64,000 bases of DNA. It comes from the human T2T-CHM13v2.0 reference genome, Homo sapiens. The stretch lies in the NCBI RefSeq assembly GCF_009914755.1, contig NC_060940.1. The stretch is one strand, 5' to 3'. Below the pieces are notes generated by a model. That model saw nothing but the letters and a program-made list of their open reading frames with translations. It was not told the DNA's origin and did no database searches. Of this stretch, positions 16,398-31,705 are shown one piece after another. The position numbers and the translations under genes are program-made. The first letter of the stretch is position 1; each line of letters begins with the position of its first letter.

Positions 16398-17261
16398 ATT
16401 TTCCTTTCTTTAGGGAAGAAATTGAAGCTCAGAGCAGGGAAATGACTTGGCTGCTGCCACTCAGCTTGTTAGAAGCAGGGCAGGCCATGGGTCCAGGACT
16501 GTGCCCTTTAGCCACTTTGACTCAGTTCCAAAAACATCTTCTCAAAGAGTCATCAGTTTCAAAAGGGTATTGGGGAAGCAGTGATAAAGGGAGGTGATTA
16601 TAAAAGGGATGTTAATTGCACTATGCCTGGCATTTTCAATGAGCAGAACTTTGTTGTTTATTGCTTATTGACAGAAGAGATGAGAAATGAGGCTGATTTC
16701 TCTCTGGCAGGGCTGCTGCTTGGGTTTGATCACTGTGAGCAACAGGTCAGGGCTCTAATTGAGGGTTTTGGTGATTGGCTTCCTAAGTCATCGATCCCGG
16801 TGAGTGGGGCCTGCCCAGCAGTGATGAGACTGTTGTTTAGCTGCTGATGGGAGGCACTGGTGTGTGTGTTTGGGGGCATGTGTTAACTTTTCCATATGAA
16901 TATTTCTGGAAGGTACTTTTTTGGAATTACTGCTAGGCTTCAGTATTGAATGTCACAGAGCAAGTTGTCCAGGAGGCAGATTCTGGTATATGACCTCTTG
17001 GTGTTTGAAGACAGAACTCCTAAGAATTCCCTCTTACTTTCTGCTGCCAATGCCCTAATTTCTTAACCTTGCAGAATGGAATTATCTGGAAGCTGCACCA
17101 GCACATGAGACCCCAGGAAGAGTCCTTAGCTGACCTAAGGGCTGATCAGAATGACCTTGGTCTCGGTTCCAGGGGTTCAGAAATGTAACTGGATCAGGAG
17201 GGTACAGGCTTAGACAATCTGAGGTTGAGGAAGGCCACTTACCTGTCCAGACTGTTCTCAT

Positions 17262-18930
17262 CTACCCCCCAACACCCAACCACCCACCTATCATCCACCC
17301 ACCCATACCCCCCACCCACCCATCCCTTCACCTGTCATCCCTCCACTTATCCACCCACCCACCCACCCCTCATCCATCCACCCACCCACCCACCCCTCAT
17401 CCATCCACCTAGCTACCTACCACCCACCATCCATCCACCCACCATCCATCCACCCACCCACCATCCATCCACCTATCCACCTACCCACCCCTCATCCATC
17501 CACCTGTCCACCTACCACCCACCATCCATCCATCCACCCACCATCCATCCATCCACCCACCCACCATCCATCCACCCATCCACCATCCATCCATCCACCC
17601 ACCCACCATCCATCCATCCACCCACCATCCATCCACCCACCCACCATCCATCCATCCACCATCCACCCATCCACCCACCAACCATCAATTCCATCCACCC
17701 GCCATCCATCCATCCATCCACCCACCATCCATCCACCCACCCACCATCCATCCATCCACCCATCCACCCACACACCATCCATCCATCCACCCGCCATCCA
17801 TCCACCCACCCACCCACCCACCATCTATCCATCCACCCACCATCTATCCATCCACCCACCATCCATCCACCTACCCACCATCCATCCATCCACCCACCAT
17901 CCATCCATCCACCATCCATCCATCCACCCATCCATCAATTTCATCCACCCACCATCCATCCATCCACCCACCCACCATCCATCCACCCACCCACCATCCA
18001 CCCACCCACCATCCATCCACCCACCTACCATCCATCTACCCACCTACCATCCATCCACCCACCCACCATCCATCCACCCACCCACCCACCATCCATCCAC
18101 CCACCCACCCACCATCCATCCACCCACCCACCCACCCACCATCCATCCATCCACCCACCATCCATCCATCCACCCACCCACCATCCACCCACCGACCCAC
18201 CTACCATCCACCCACCCACCCACCCCTCATCCATCTACCTATCCACCTACCACCCACCATCCATCCACGCATCTGCCCACCACCCATCCACCCACCCATT
18301 ATCCATCTACCCACCCACCCATCGTTCATCTCACCAACCAACCCATCATCCAGCCACCCACCCACCGACCCATCATCCACCCACCCACTCATCATCCATC
18401 CACTCACCCACCCATCATCCACCCACCCACCCATCCATCATTCATCTACCCACCCATCATCCATCCACCTATCCACCTAGCCACCCACCCACTCATCCAC
18501 CCACCCACCCATCATTCATCCACCAACCCCCCATCATCCATCCACCTATCCACCCAGCCACCCACCCATCATCCACCCACCCACTCACTCATCCATCCAC
18601 CCATCCATCATCCATCCACCCACCCACCCATCATTCATCCACCTATCCACCCACCCACCCACCCACCCATCATCTATCATCCATCCCCCCACCCACCCAC
18701 CCACCCATCGTCCATCCACCTATCCACCCAGCAACCCACCCCACCCATCATCCATCCATGCACCCATCATCCAGCCACCCACCCACCCATCATCTACCAT
18801 CTGTCATCCATCCACCCACCCATCATCCATCCACTCACCCATTATCCATCCACTCACCCACTCACCCATCATGCATCCTCCCATTCACCCCCACTCCCGT
18901 CATCCATCTACCCACCCCACCCACACATCC
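17262..18930. repeat. About 1.65-kb degenerate (CCAT/CCAC)n low-complexity tandem array
   Basis: Nearly G-free + strand made of ccat/ccac/ccca units. Confidence 0.97.
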
Positions 18931-19359
18931 GGCATTTCTAAGAGCTCATAGAGTAGTGGATACAGTTGTGCAAATGAATTTAGAAAATGATTTGTACCTA
19001 AAGTCATCACGTTCATCATGAGGAATATGTCTTCAAGCAGCTTCCAAAACCCAGCCATCTGAAATGACCACCCCTGCCAATGAATAACACCCGGGTTCCA
19101 CATCAAGGGAGGCAGCAACCCTATTTGACCCCTACCTCTCATTCATTCAGGAGGTATTTGCCGAGCGCCATGAGGACCTGCGATAGACGACACCAAACTC
19201 AATTTTCATTACTCCACCAGCAGGGAAGTCGTATTTCCCTGTTTTCTAACTGAGAAAAGCGAAGGTTAGAGAGGTCAGGTGCTTTTGTTAAGATAGCAGA
19301 GTCATGGTGTGAACCTTGCTCCGTCGGACCCCACAGCCATGGTCTTGTAAGTTGAGTTA

Positions 19360-19580
19360 TAACCTAGTGCGTGGACTCTGGAGCCCACACTGCCTGCTTC
19401 CAGTCCTCACTGTGCCACTTAGAGCCCTGTGCCCTTGAGCAAGTTAAGTCAACTCTCTGAGTCTATTTCCCCATCAGTAAAATGAGAATGATCATGATAT
19501 CTACTCCTTAGGAGGATGATGTATAGAAAAATGCGTAACGCAGGGCCTGGTGCTGAGCATGCGGTTACCTGATGTTAGCT
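19360..19580 (+). mobile_element. MIR
   Basis: ttgagcaagttaagtcaactctctgagtctatttccccatcagtaaaatg core. Confidence 0.7.
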
Positions 19581-19583
19581 GCC

Positions 19584-20049
19584 AGTGTTAGTTTCTTAGA
19601 GCTGCTGTAACCAATTACCATAAACGTGCTGGCTTAAAACAACATACGTTTATTTGCTCGCAGTTCTGGAGGCCAGAGTCGGCAATCACGGTGCCAGCAG
19701 TGGCAGGGCTGTGTTCCCCCTGGAGGCTCTAGGGGAAGATCCTTCCCTGTCTCTTCTAGCCTCGGGTGGCTCCAGGCATCCCTTGGTTTATGGCCGTGTC
19801 ACACCAATCTCTGCCTTTGTCTTTACTTGGCCTTCTCCTGCTTCTCTCTGGTGCCTCTCTGTATCTCTCTTATAAGGACACCTGCCATGGGATTTAGGGC
19901 CTACCTGGATAATCTAGGATGTTCTCATCTCAAGAGTCTGAATTACATCTGCAAAGACACCTTTTTCCACATTTACAAGTCACATTTATAGGTTCTGAGG
20001 CTTAGGATGTGGACATATCTTTTTGGAGGACACCGTTCGACCTACTACA
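19584..20049 (-). mobile_element. MLT1B/C MaLR solo LTR
   Basis: ttagtttc...gctgctgtaac, cagttctggaggccag, aattacatctgcaaagac; ends cctactaca. Confidence 0.85.
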
Positions 20050-20342
20050 GCTGCTATTATTTAAAAAATTTTTTAGAAGATACAAGTAATACATGAAGAC
20101 ATTCTCAATATAAGCCTTTAGACATTAAGTTAAGCATCTCTTTGGCCATCGCTGTCACCTCCATTCCCATCCCCTGAGGTCACCATTGTGATGAGCTTGG
20201 AGCTTATCCTTCCAGACCTTCCTGTTAGGGTGGAAAGATACATGCAATCTTTACATACAGGGATTATTGTCCTGTTGCCAAGCACTGGGATAGGTCTTGG
20301 GTATTCTGAGATAAGACATAGCATTATAAGAATATTATTTAA

Positions 20343-21768
<1,426 letters not shown>

Positions 21769-21780
21769 GTAACTTTCTTA

Positions 21781-22186
<406 letters not shown>

Positions 22187-23524
22187 GTTCTGTGGGGACA
22201 CGGGAGAAGGGATTATCATTTCTAAAGTCTTTGCTTATTGGGGGACACCTGAGCCTTGTTGGCTTTGAAAGAATAAACCTTGACAGACCCACGTCTGGGG
22301 ACTTGTGGAAGGAAAGAACCCGGAAGGGATGTTGCCTGCAGCAGGAAGTGAATCCTGAGACAACTTGTTCATAGAGGATCTTGATTGTCATCCTCAAAGA
22401 GTTGGAATTTTTTTCATGGGGCGGTGGAATTCACATTGTGTCCCGCAGGGCTCTAGGGCTCTGAGAAGAGACCACCAGGCCAAGGCAGGGAGAAGTGAAG
22501 GAAGGAGGAGGCCAGCACTCAGGGCCCTCACCCGGACTGTGTCCCTGCAGCCTCTGCTCTCTGCCAGGTGACATTTGCAGGAGCTAATGAGTGGCTTGAG
22601 GGGGCTGTAGTTACCTCCCACCCTGTGTGCATCAGCTGTCCCCAAACCTTCCCAAATAAACATGCAAACAAAGGAAAAGCGTGTGTGCTCTAGGCCACTT
22701 AGCTATATCGACAACTGACAATAATAGGCATAGAGTGACAGAAAGACCTGACGAGATGCCACTTGGCTTCCTTTTTCAAGTAACTCTGTAGGGTTTTCCC
22801 ACATAACAGATACAGAAAGAATTTATTGTTGGAAAACGGGGCGGCAAGATGGACAACATTCTCTGGGACCAACGGGATGTGCAGCCTCCTGGGCTCAGGC
22901 CTCACCAGCTCCTGCACAGTGGTGGGGGTGAGGACTGAGGGACACATCACATCTCCTGGGAGCAGAAGACGATGTCTGCGAACCCAGCTCAATATGCATG
23001 GCCTTGTCCCCAGGCAGGGGCGGCCTCAGCTGGCCAGGTGTCCCCGTCACTGCAGAGTTCTGGTCTTAGACTGGCTGCACACGGAGACTCCAGGGCAGCA
23101 AAACATCTTCTTTCCTCACCCTCAGGCTCTCTGAGCCAGCACCTCCTGATCCAGATCCATTTCTGAACTCCTGGATCCAAGACCAAGGTCATTCTCATCA
23201 ACCCTTAAGCCAGTGAAAGACTCTTCCTGGGGCCTCGTGTGCTGGTGCGGCTTCCAGATAATGATAGCCAAGGTCACACTTGCCGAGAGCCCTGGTGATT
23301 CAGGCACTCTTCTTAGTACTTTATGCAAATTATCTCATTGAATCCTTACAACAAACCTCTGAGGGAGCTGGAATTACCATATTCTTTCCATGGAGGAGGA
23401 AGCGAAGGGCAGAGAGGTGGAGCCACTTGCCCTGCTCACAGAGCTAGGAGGAGGCAATTCGCAATGTGAACTGGGTGGCTGCGTCTCCCTCCACGCTCTT
23501 CACTGCTCTGCCCACCTGTTCTCA

Positions 23525-24355
<831 letters not shown>

Positions 24356-25526
24356 CTACTTGGGATAGCACTCGAGCCTTGGGAGAGCAATGAGGAGAAT
24401 CGTTGGCGTCTCAGAAGTGGAGAACAGGTTCCCATCCAAGCTGAGCTGAGGGGACGATGGCTCAGGTCAGAGCTGGCTACACTCCCCTTGCCATTTGTTA
24501 TCTTTTTAGTGCAGGGATGTGAAAGGGAGGGGCTGGGGTGGGAGGGTGAGAAAGGCCATTTTGTTGAGTGCTTATTATTGTGCAGCCAGCAGGATGCTGG
24601 GCATTTTAAAATAGGATGTCGCAGGCGTCGTGGTGGGTGAGTACTGGCTCTGTTTTACAGATGAGGAAACTGAGGCTCAAGATTTTCTGTTAATAAGTGT
24701 TGAGGCCCGAGTCTACTTGACCTTAAGCCATCTGACCTTAAGACCCTTAAGGTCTTTTCCGGGAGACCTTGGTAGCCAAAACTAATCAGTGAAGAGCTTC
24801 ATGAGAACATTCTTCCCCTACTTCCATGCCTCCATGCCTGAAGCAGCCTCTGGGATGTGGCATTCTTTCTTGTGACTGGTGGAAATTAAACTCTAAGGAA
24901 GAACCCTGGAAGAAACATTCCAGAGTTGTTTTGCTTTTATCTGCAAATTAGCAGCAAACAGAGAGCCTCTTCATCCACAGATTTCATCATTGTGCTTATA
25001 ATGTTAAAAATACACTCCATGCGTGTGGTTAACAGCAAATGGCCCAGTCATACACATGCTCGGATTGCCAGAGCATCTTCTCTTCCCTTTCGAGGCACCG
25101 CCTTTTGCACGTGCCGAGCTTTAGGGCTTCCTTCTTTCGGAGGAGATGAGCCCGAATTCTTTTTCCGCACCCATGTTTCTTCTGGGGGAGACAGCAGGTG
25201 TTATAGAAGGAGCACAACTTGGGATTCAGCCAAAGTTGGCTTTGAATTATTGCTGTGTCTGTGGGCATGTCACTTAGCTTCTCTGAGCCTCTGTAGAATA
25301 CGGGAAACAGGTTACTCAAAGAATTACATGAGTGGGTACAAATAAATGTCTCAGTCCTTAACGTCTTGACATTCCTTCTCTACCTGGAGCCAGGGGCCTC
25401 TTTTGATTCTCAAGCCCTTGACATTTTATAAAGCTATGGAGATCAAAGATTTATTCCTCCCTACCTAGACAAATGAGATTTCCCTGAAATTACAAATGAT
25501 TTTTCTGCATCTTTCCAGCTATCAGT

Positions 25527-25736
25527 TAGGAATTGGCAAACATTTTCCGTAAATGCCCACATAGTACATGACTGTGCGGGTCACGCTGTCTCTCTCACTG
25601 TTACTCCACTTTGCTGATGCAGCCTGAAAGCGGTCATAGATGATACATAACTGGCTGAGTGGGACTGTGTTCCCATAAAACTTCGTTTACAAAAACGGGC
25701 TGGATTTGGCCCAGGAGCCATAGTTGCTGACCCCTG
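25527..25736 (+). mobile_element. MER58A hAT-Charlie MITE
   Basis: taggaattggcaaac...ctgtgttcccataaaacttcgtttacaaaaac...gttgctgacccctg. Confidence 0.8.
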
Positions 25737-26255
25737 ATGTAGAGTATGGAGAGGTACTGGGTTTAGGTGCTGGAAATGCAAAAATGAATGAGAGTCCTTG
25801 ACCTGGAGGGTTCTGCCTGTAACACACTTGCACGTAGTGTTGGTAAGGGATATTCTATTTGCAAGAGGACATTTAAGGTAACAGGAAAGGCAGGTGCCTT
25901 TGGTTGTTCTTACAGGCTGGTGTCACTAGAGGATCAACCCAGGTGTATCTAAATCTGCTCCTGCCTGCAAGGGTGAGCTCCTCAGACCTGCCGCTTAAAC
26001 ATCCTTGATATCTCTCAGTGCTATTAAATGCTGCTCAGTGGTCCCAGGCCAATTTTTACATCATAGTTTTCCTTGGGATTGTAGCGTATCTTAGGAAATC
26101 CTACATCCACTCCCCATGTTACTGTAACACTAGCGCGAGCCAGTTCAGATTCTCGGTTTTGGACAGCTGCCTTTCTTTGGCATCATGTGGTTGACCTGTG
26201 CCTCAGTTTCCCTGGCTGTTAAATTGGAGTTAAGGATGAAATAGTGCATGAGAAC

Positions 26256-26606
26256 TGATATGGATTGGCTGTGTCCCCACCCAAATTTCATCTTGAATTG
26301 TAGCCCCCACCATTCCCACATGTTGTGGAAGGGACCTGGTGGGAAATAATCGAATCACGGGGGCGGTTTCCTCCCATACTGTTCTCATGGTAGTGATTAA
26401 GTCTCATGAGATCTGAGGGTTTTATAAGGAGTTTCCGCTTTCGCTTGGCTCTCATTCTCCTGCCTGCCACCATGTAAGATGTGACTTGCTCTTCCTTGCC
26501 TTCCACCGTGATTGTGAGGCCTCCCTGGCCATGTGGAACTGTGAGTCCATTAAACCTCTTTCCTTTATAATTACCTTTATTAGCAGTGTGAGAACAGATT
26601 AATACA
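26256..26606 (+). mobile_element. THE1B/C MaLR solo LTR, same orientation as SNX29
   Basis: TG...CA ends (tgatatgg...taataca); perfect 5-bp TSD agaac; ATTAAA at 26549. Confidence 0.93.
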
Positions 26607-27145
26607 AGAACATTTGTTCCCTGTTTTCTAAACTTAAAAAAAAAATCATGTTTGTGTAACCCTTTAAGAAGAACTCTTCCTTAGCAACTCAGTAGGGGTA
26701 ATGGGTCAAAGTAGAACCTACCCTCATAGGAGAACACAGGGAGGGCTCTGGCCAATGAGCCTTGAAACATCTCCTGGAAACCCTGGGACCTGGGAGGAGA
26801 GGCTAAAAACAACCACAGATGTAGGGCAGAGCAGGAGAAGTCTGCAGCCCAGGGACCCAGCCACTGTAAGGCTGCTCATTGACTCTTCAAACCTTGTTTC
26901 CCTCATCTGAAGCAGGAGCGAGTTTGGGTTAGTTGAATACTTTCCACTCATTGCAGTAGGTCTGAGTGTTTCACCAATTGGTTGAAAATTCATAACTTAA
27001 GAATAGTTCTATATTGGTAGCTTCAGCCTGGAGGAATTCTAGGCAGTTGTTGATTTGTGCTTTTCTTATAGGTGATCCTTAAAAGTCTGTTGATATAAAG
27101 AGGATGGCAGAGAGTTTGGCATGTTACCCCGTGCGTGCAATTGAG

Positions 27146-27148
<3 letters not shown>

Positions 27149-27185
<37 letters not shown>

Positions 27186-27208
27186 ATATGTATATGTGTG
27201 CACGCACA
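27149..27208. repeat. (TG)16 extended by TA/TG/CA/CG steps: 60-bp alternating purine-pyrimidine tract
   Basis: Read directly. Confidence 0.92.
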
Positions 27209-27904
27209 GCCTCTTGGCAGTTTGCCTCTTGCCTCCCATCTCTGCTCTGCAGCCAGAGTGACTGAAGTGTGAGCTGGACCAGCCTCTCTCTTGCTTAAAT
27301 CCCTCATAGGTTTCCCCCGTCGGAGCACAGACCAAAGCCATGCTCATCTCCCTTATGCTTCAGGCTCCTCCCAGATGCCTCATCCATCCCTGTCCTCCGT
27401 GGACTTTTCACAGCCTTAACTGTCTAATGAATTGTGCTGACTGCTGTGTGGAGACTGTCTCTCCTGGTGGATTGTATGCTCTGCAAGCCCCGGGGCTTCC
27501 TCTCCCCCTGTCACCTGCAGAGAGTCTGACTACTGAGTGGAATGTAGTGCAAATCTGTGGAATAAACGTATGCATAACTAGTGTGCATTTGTGGAATGGA
27601 GCAGTCAGCCCCTCATTCTGGGCGAGGGCTGCCAAACCCCGAAACCACCATGCCCTCAGCGGGTTTTCCACAGAGCCCAGAATGTTTCTCTGCCAGGTGC
27701 TGGGCTGGGATGGTTCTTGCAGGATCCTATTGGAGCTTCCTAACAACCCCACCAGGGCAGCTTCTGTTGTCCCCATTTTCCAGGAGGGAAGTAAGGCCCA
27801 GAGAAGTGGAGTGGCTTATTCTCGGCCACACAGCTGAGTCAGAGCTCAGGCCCAGCTGACTCAAGTCTTGTTCAGTCTTTAAAAAAAAAAAAAAAGAAAA
27901 GAAA

Positions 27905-28500
<596 letters not shown>

Positions 28501-30381
28501 TTTAAAAGCAATTATATGAAAGAATTTTACAGTGAACACATGTATACCTACCACTTAGAGTCTACCATTAACATTTTGCTGTACTTTATCATCTGTTTTT
28601 TTATCCATCCATCTATGCGTGCATCCATCCATCCATTCATTCATTCATCTGTCCATCATTTTATCTTTTTTGGGATGCATTTCATAGTAAATTGCAGATG
28701 TCGGTATATGTTTCTCCCAAAATACTTCAGTAGGCACATAGAACTTTACCATCGCCCCAGAATGTCCCTTCATGCCATTTCCTGGTGTTTCCCACTCCAC
28801 TCTCCCTGAGGTATTCACTGTTCTGATTTTCTTTCCACCATAGACATGATAGTTTCTTTCTTTCGATTTAAAATTGCGTGATTGTTACGTTGATTTTTTG
28901 AAAGGTTAACAAGTCATGTACATGGTAAAAATCTACAAGGTGTAAAGTTTTACAGATAGGAATAGATCATCCTCTCTCCTCTGACGCTTGCTTCTCAGTG
29001 CCTTCCCTCAAAGGCACCCATGGCTAGCAGGTTCTTACGTGTCTTTATAGAAATGGTTCATGCATATAGACACGTGTGTCTCCCAACACGCTAATACTTC
29101 AAGAGGATAGTAGCTCACCTGACACTTTGTTTTGTGTCTAGCTTTTGTCATTTGACATTATATCTTAGAGATCTCCTCCTCTTTAGAGGAGATGCCTGCT
29201 GTTCTTTTCATAGCTGCGCAGCCTGGCTATGAGTGTGCTGTGTTTTATATAACCATTTCATTCCTTGTTTGCAGGCTTTTATTACCCTAAGTGGTATTGC
29301 AACAAATGTCTTTGTATCCTTGTCTCTGTGCTTATGTTGTCCATCACTCTTTATTTCTTGGAAAGAAAGTAGATGTCCATTCTTAGTGAAGTAGTAAGTT
29401 CGATCATTTCCCCATGCCCTTTGCCTCCCACCCTTTCCCTGCTCCAGCCATTCATCCATCCATCTGTCCATTTTTACATCTGCCTGTCTGTCCATCCAGT
29501 GGGAACATTCACTGAGCGATCAGATATGCCTGCCTACCACGTTGGACTCTGAGAATATTGTCCTCTACACCCTTGTTATCTTTTGGGAAAAACAAATGTG
29601 TCAAAAACTGATTCACAGAAGTGTGATAGTCTATGTTTGTGTGAGGTTTCAGTGCTGCCCAGAGGATAAAATAAAAATTCTTTAAAGCTCTTATTTGCCA
29701 AGTTTTTACTCCTAGCAAAGAATCCTTGACCTCAGCTGTTTTTAAAAACCACAGAGAACAAAAACAACAACAAAAGCCACAGAGATATGATGCCTCTAGT
29801 GGTATGTTTGTAAAGCAAATGAAAAAACTAACAGAGAACCCTGAAAGTGCTCCAGAACTGGGGGGCTTTGTCCTGAAGGCGTGGATAGCCCAGGCTGACT
29901 TTATGATCAGATCATCAGGCCTGAGCCTGTTGCTTGGCTTGACCAACCAAGCTGAGAGACAGAACCATGCCATTTCACATTCTGTTCCTTATTAAAAGAT
30001 GAGATGAGAAAGCAAGCGCATTGGTGGGATGGAAAACAGTTGTCATTTTTTGGCAGTGAAAAGGGAGAGCTAATTGCATAAGGGCAGGCTATTTGAAAAT
30101 AGGGATGAGTGAGAAAGTGACTCTGGAAAACAAATTATGGCTGCCATTTCATGATTGGAACAAAGGTTTGCTGCCTCCATAGGATCTTCCTTGTTGCTTT
30201 TCTTTGGAGCAGTGAATCTGAGAACCTGGTAATTAGAAGAAAGAAATAAGATTCTCTTTCTTTGGTTCTTTTTTTGTCTCCAAACTAACTTATCCTTCCC
30301 ATGCATCAAGATTTTGAATTTGCTACAAAGCAATCTAAAAATCTGTTGGCATTTCAGGGTGGAAACATAGCATATCTTATG

Positions 30382-30720
30382 ATTCATTCATTCATGCATG
30401 CATGCATGCATTCATTCATTCATTCATTCATTCATTGTGTTAGTTCGTGCCTACATGTGCTGGGTTCTTGGCCAGGCTGCAGTGTGTCATGGTGAACAGG
30501 TGGGTGTGGTAAGCACATATAGAGCTCTCTGAGCTCACAAGGAGGGTTCCAATCCACAGATAACCAGCGTGGAGTCATTACAAGCTGAAGAATGTGAACC
30601 GTAGAGGGTTACAGTGGAGACACTGTTTAGTTCTGGTGGTCTGGGAAGGTGCCTCCTAGGAATTCATATTTTGGCTGAGTCTTAGATGAGAAGAGCTAAC
30701 CTTACAGAGAGGCTGAGGAA
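30382..30720 (-). mobile_element. L2 3' fragment with (TTCA)n/(TGCA)n tail at 30382-30436
   Basis: TTCA repeat followed by tgcctacatgtgctggg, typical of an antisense L2 end. Confidence 0.6.
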
Positions 30721-31439
30721 GAGGAGAAGGGAGCAGTAGCTTACAATAATACTTGCTTCGCAGATTGTTTGAAGATTAACTGTGAGACCATGAAGTCCTT
30801 GGCACATAGTAATTGTTCAGCACATGCTGGCCTCTCCCTTTACCTTTGTTGATTTTTTCTAATAGGGCAATCAGAGGCTGGTTGTCATGAGGTAGGCAAG
30901 GAAGAAACCAAGGTTTACGGAAGCCAAGTGACTTCTCACATCATCAGAGGAAGCCCAGGATTAGAACTCAAAACATGTGCATTTCTGTCTGTTCCTGAGA
31001 GCTTATGTACTTGGCTCAGAGTCTGGAGGCTGACCTGTGTTCCCAGAGATGGAAAAGGACCTGGGACTTCCTAGGGGCAAAGCCTCCTAAGTCTTCCTGC
31101 AGCAGCAACAGCAAAATAAAATCAGAAAACCCCCAAGCTTTAAGGAGGCTCAAGGTTTTAGACCCAGTTGTGCATCTGTATATGTCTACTCTGGAGCTAT
31201 TGAGTCCTTTCAGATTTTCTTCACCCATCAGAGGTCCGTTTACCAGCTAAGGCTCTTGAGTATGAATTTGGGTTACTTGATCTTCTGGGCATCCCAGAGG
31301 CAAGATGCGAAGAACGGATACTTTGTAGTGGGAGGCAGTATAGCTTAGCAGTTAGAAGAGCAGGCTCTGGAGCCAGACCACCTGTGTTTGAATTCCACCT
31401 ATGCTACTTACTACCTGAAGGACCTTGGGCAAGTTACTT

Positions 31440-31705
31440 TTATGGATTATATGTCTCTGTATGTGAAACCACCCCAAAACTTAATGGCTTTTTAAAAAAA
31501 CTTGGCTATTTTTTTCTCTCTCATGATTCTGTGGGCCGACTGGGCTCAGCTGGGTGGTTCTTTTACGTCATGTGGTGTCGACCAGGGCTTGACTGAGCTG
31601 GACATCCAAGATGGTGCTCTCATTTATCTGGTAGTTGGTGCTGGCTATCCACTGGGACTTCAGATGGGATTATTGATCAGAATACCTCATGTGGCTTCTC
31701 CACCT
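31440..31705 (-). mobile_element. MLT1 (G/H-like) LTR fragment next to a MIR (about 31325-31440)
   Basis: accaccccaaaacttaatggc, ctcatgattctgtggg, ctgggctcagctggg, tccaagatgg. Confidence 0.65.

Noticed and set aside
17225-19021. 598-aa Pro/His/Thr/Ser-rich ORF (extensin- or mucin-like)
   Set aside because: Stays open only because the G-poor CCAY array cannot form many stops; starts at TTG; intronic with no gene structure.
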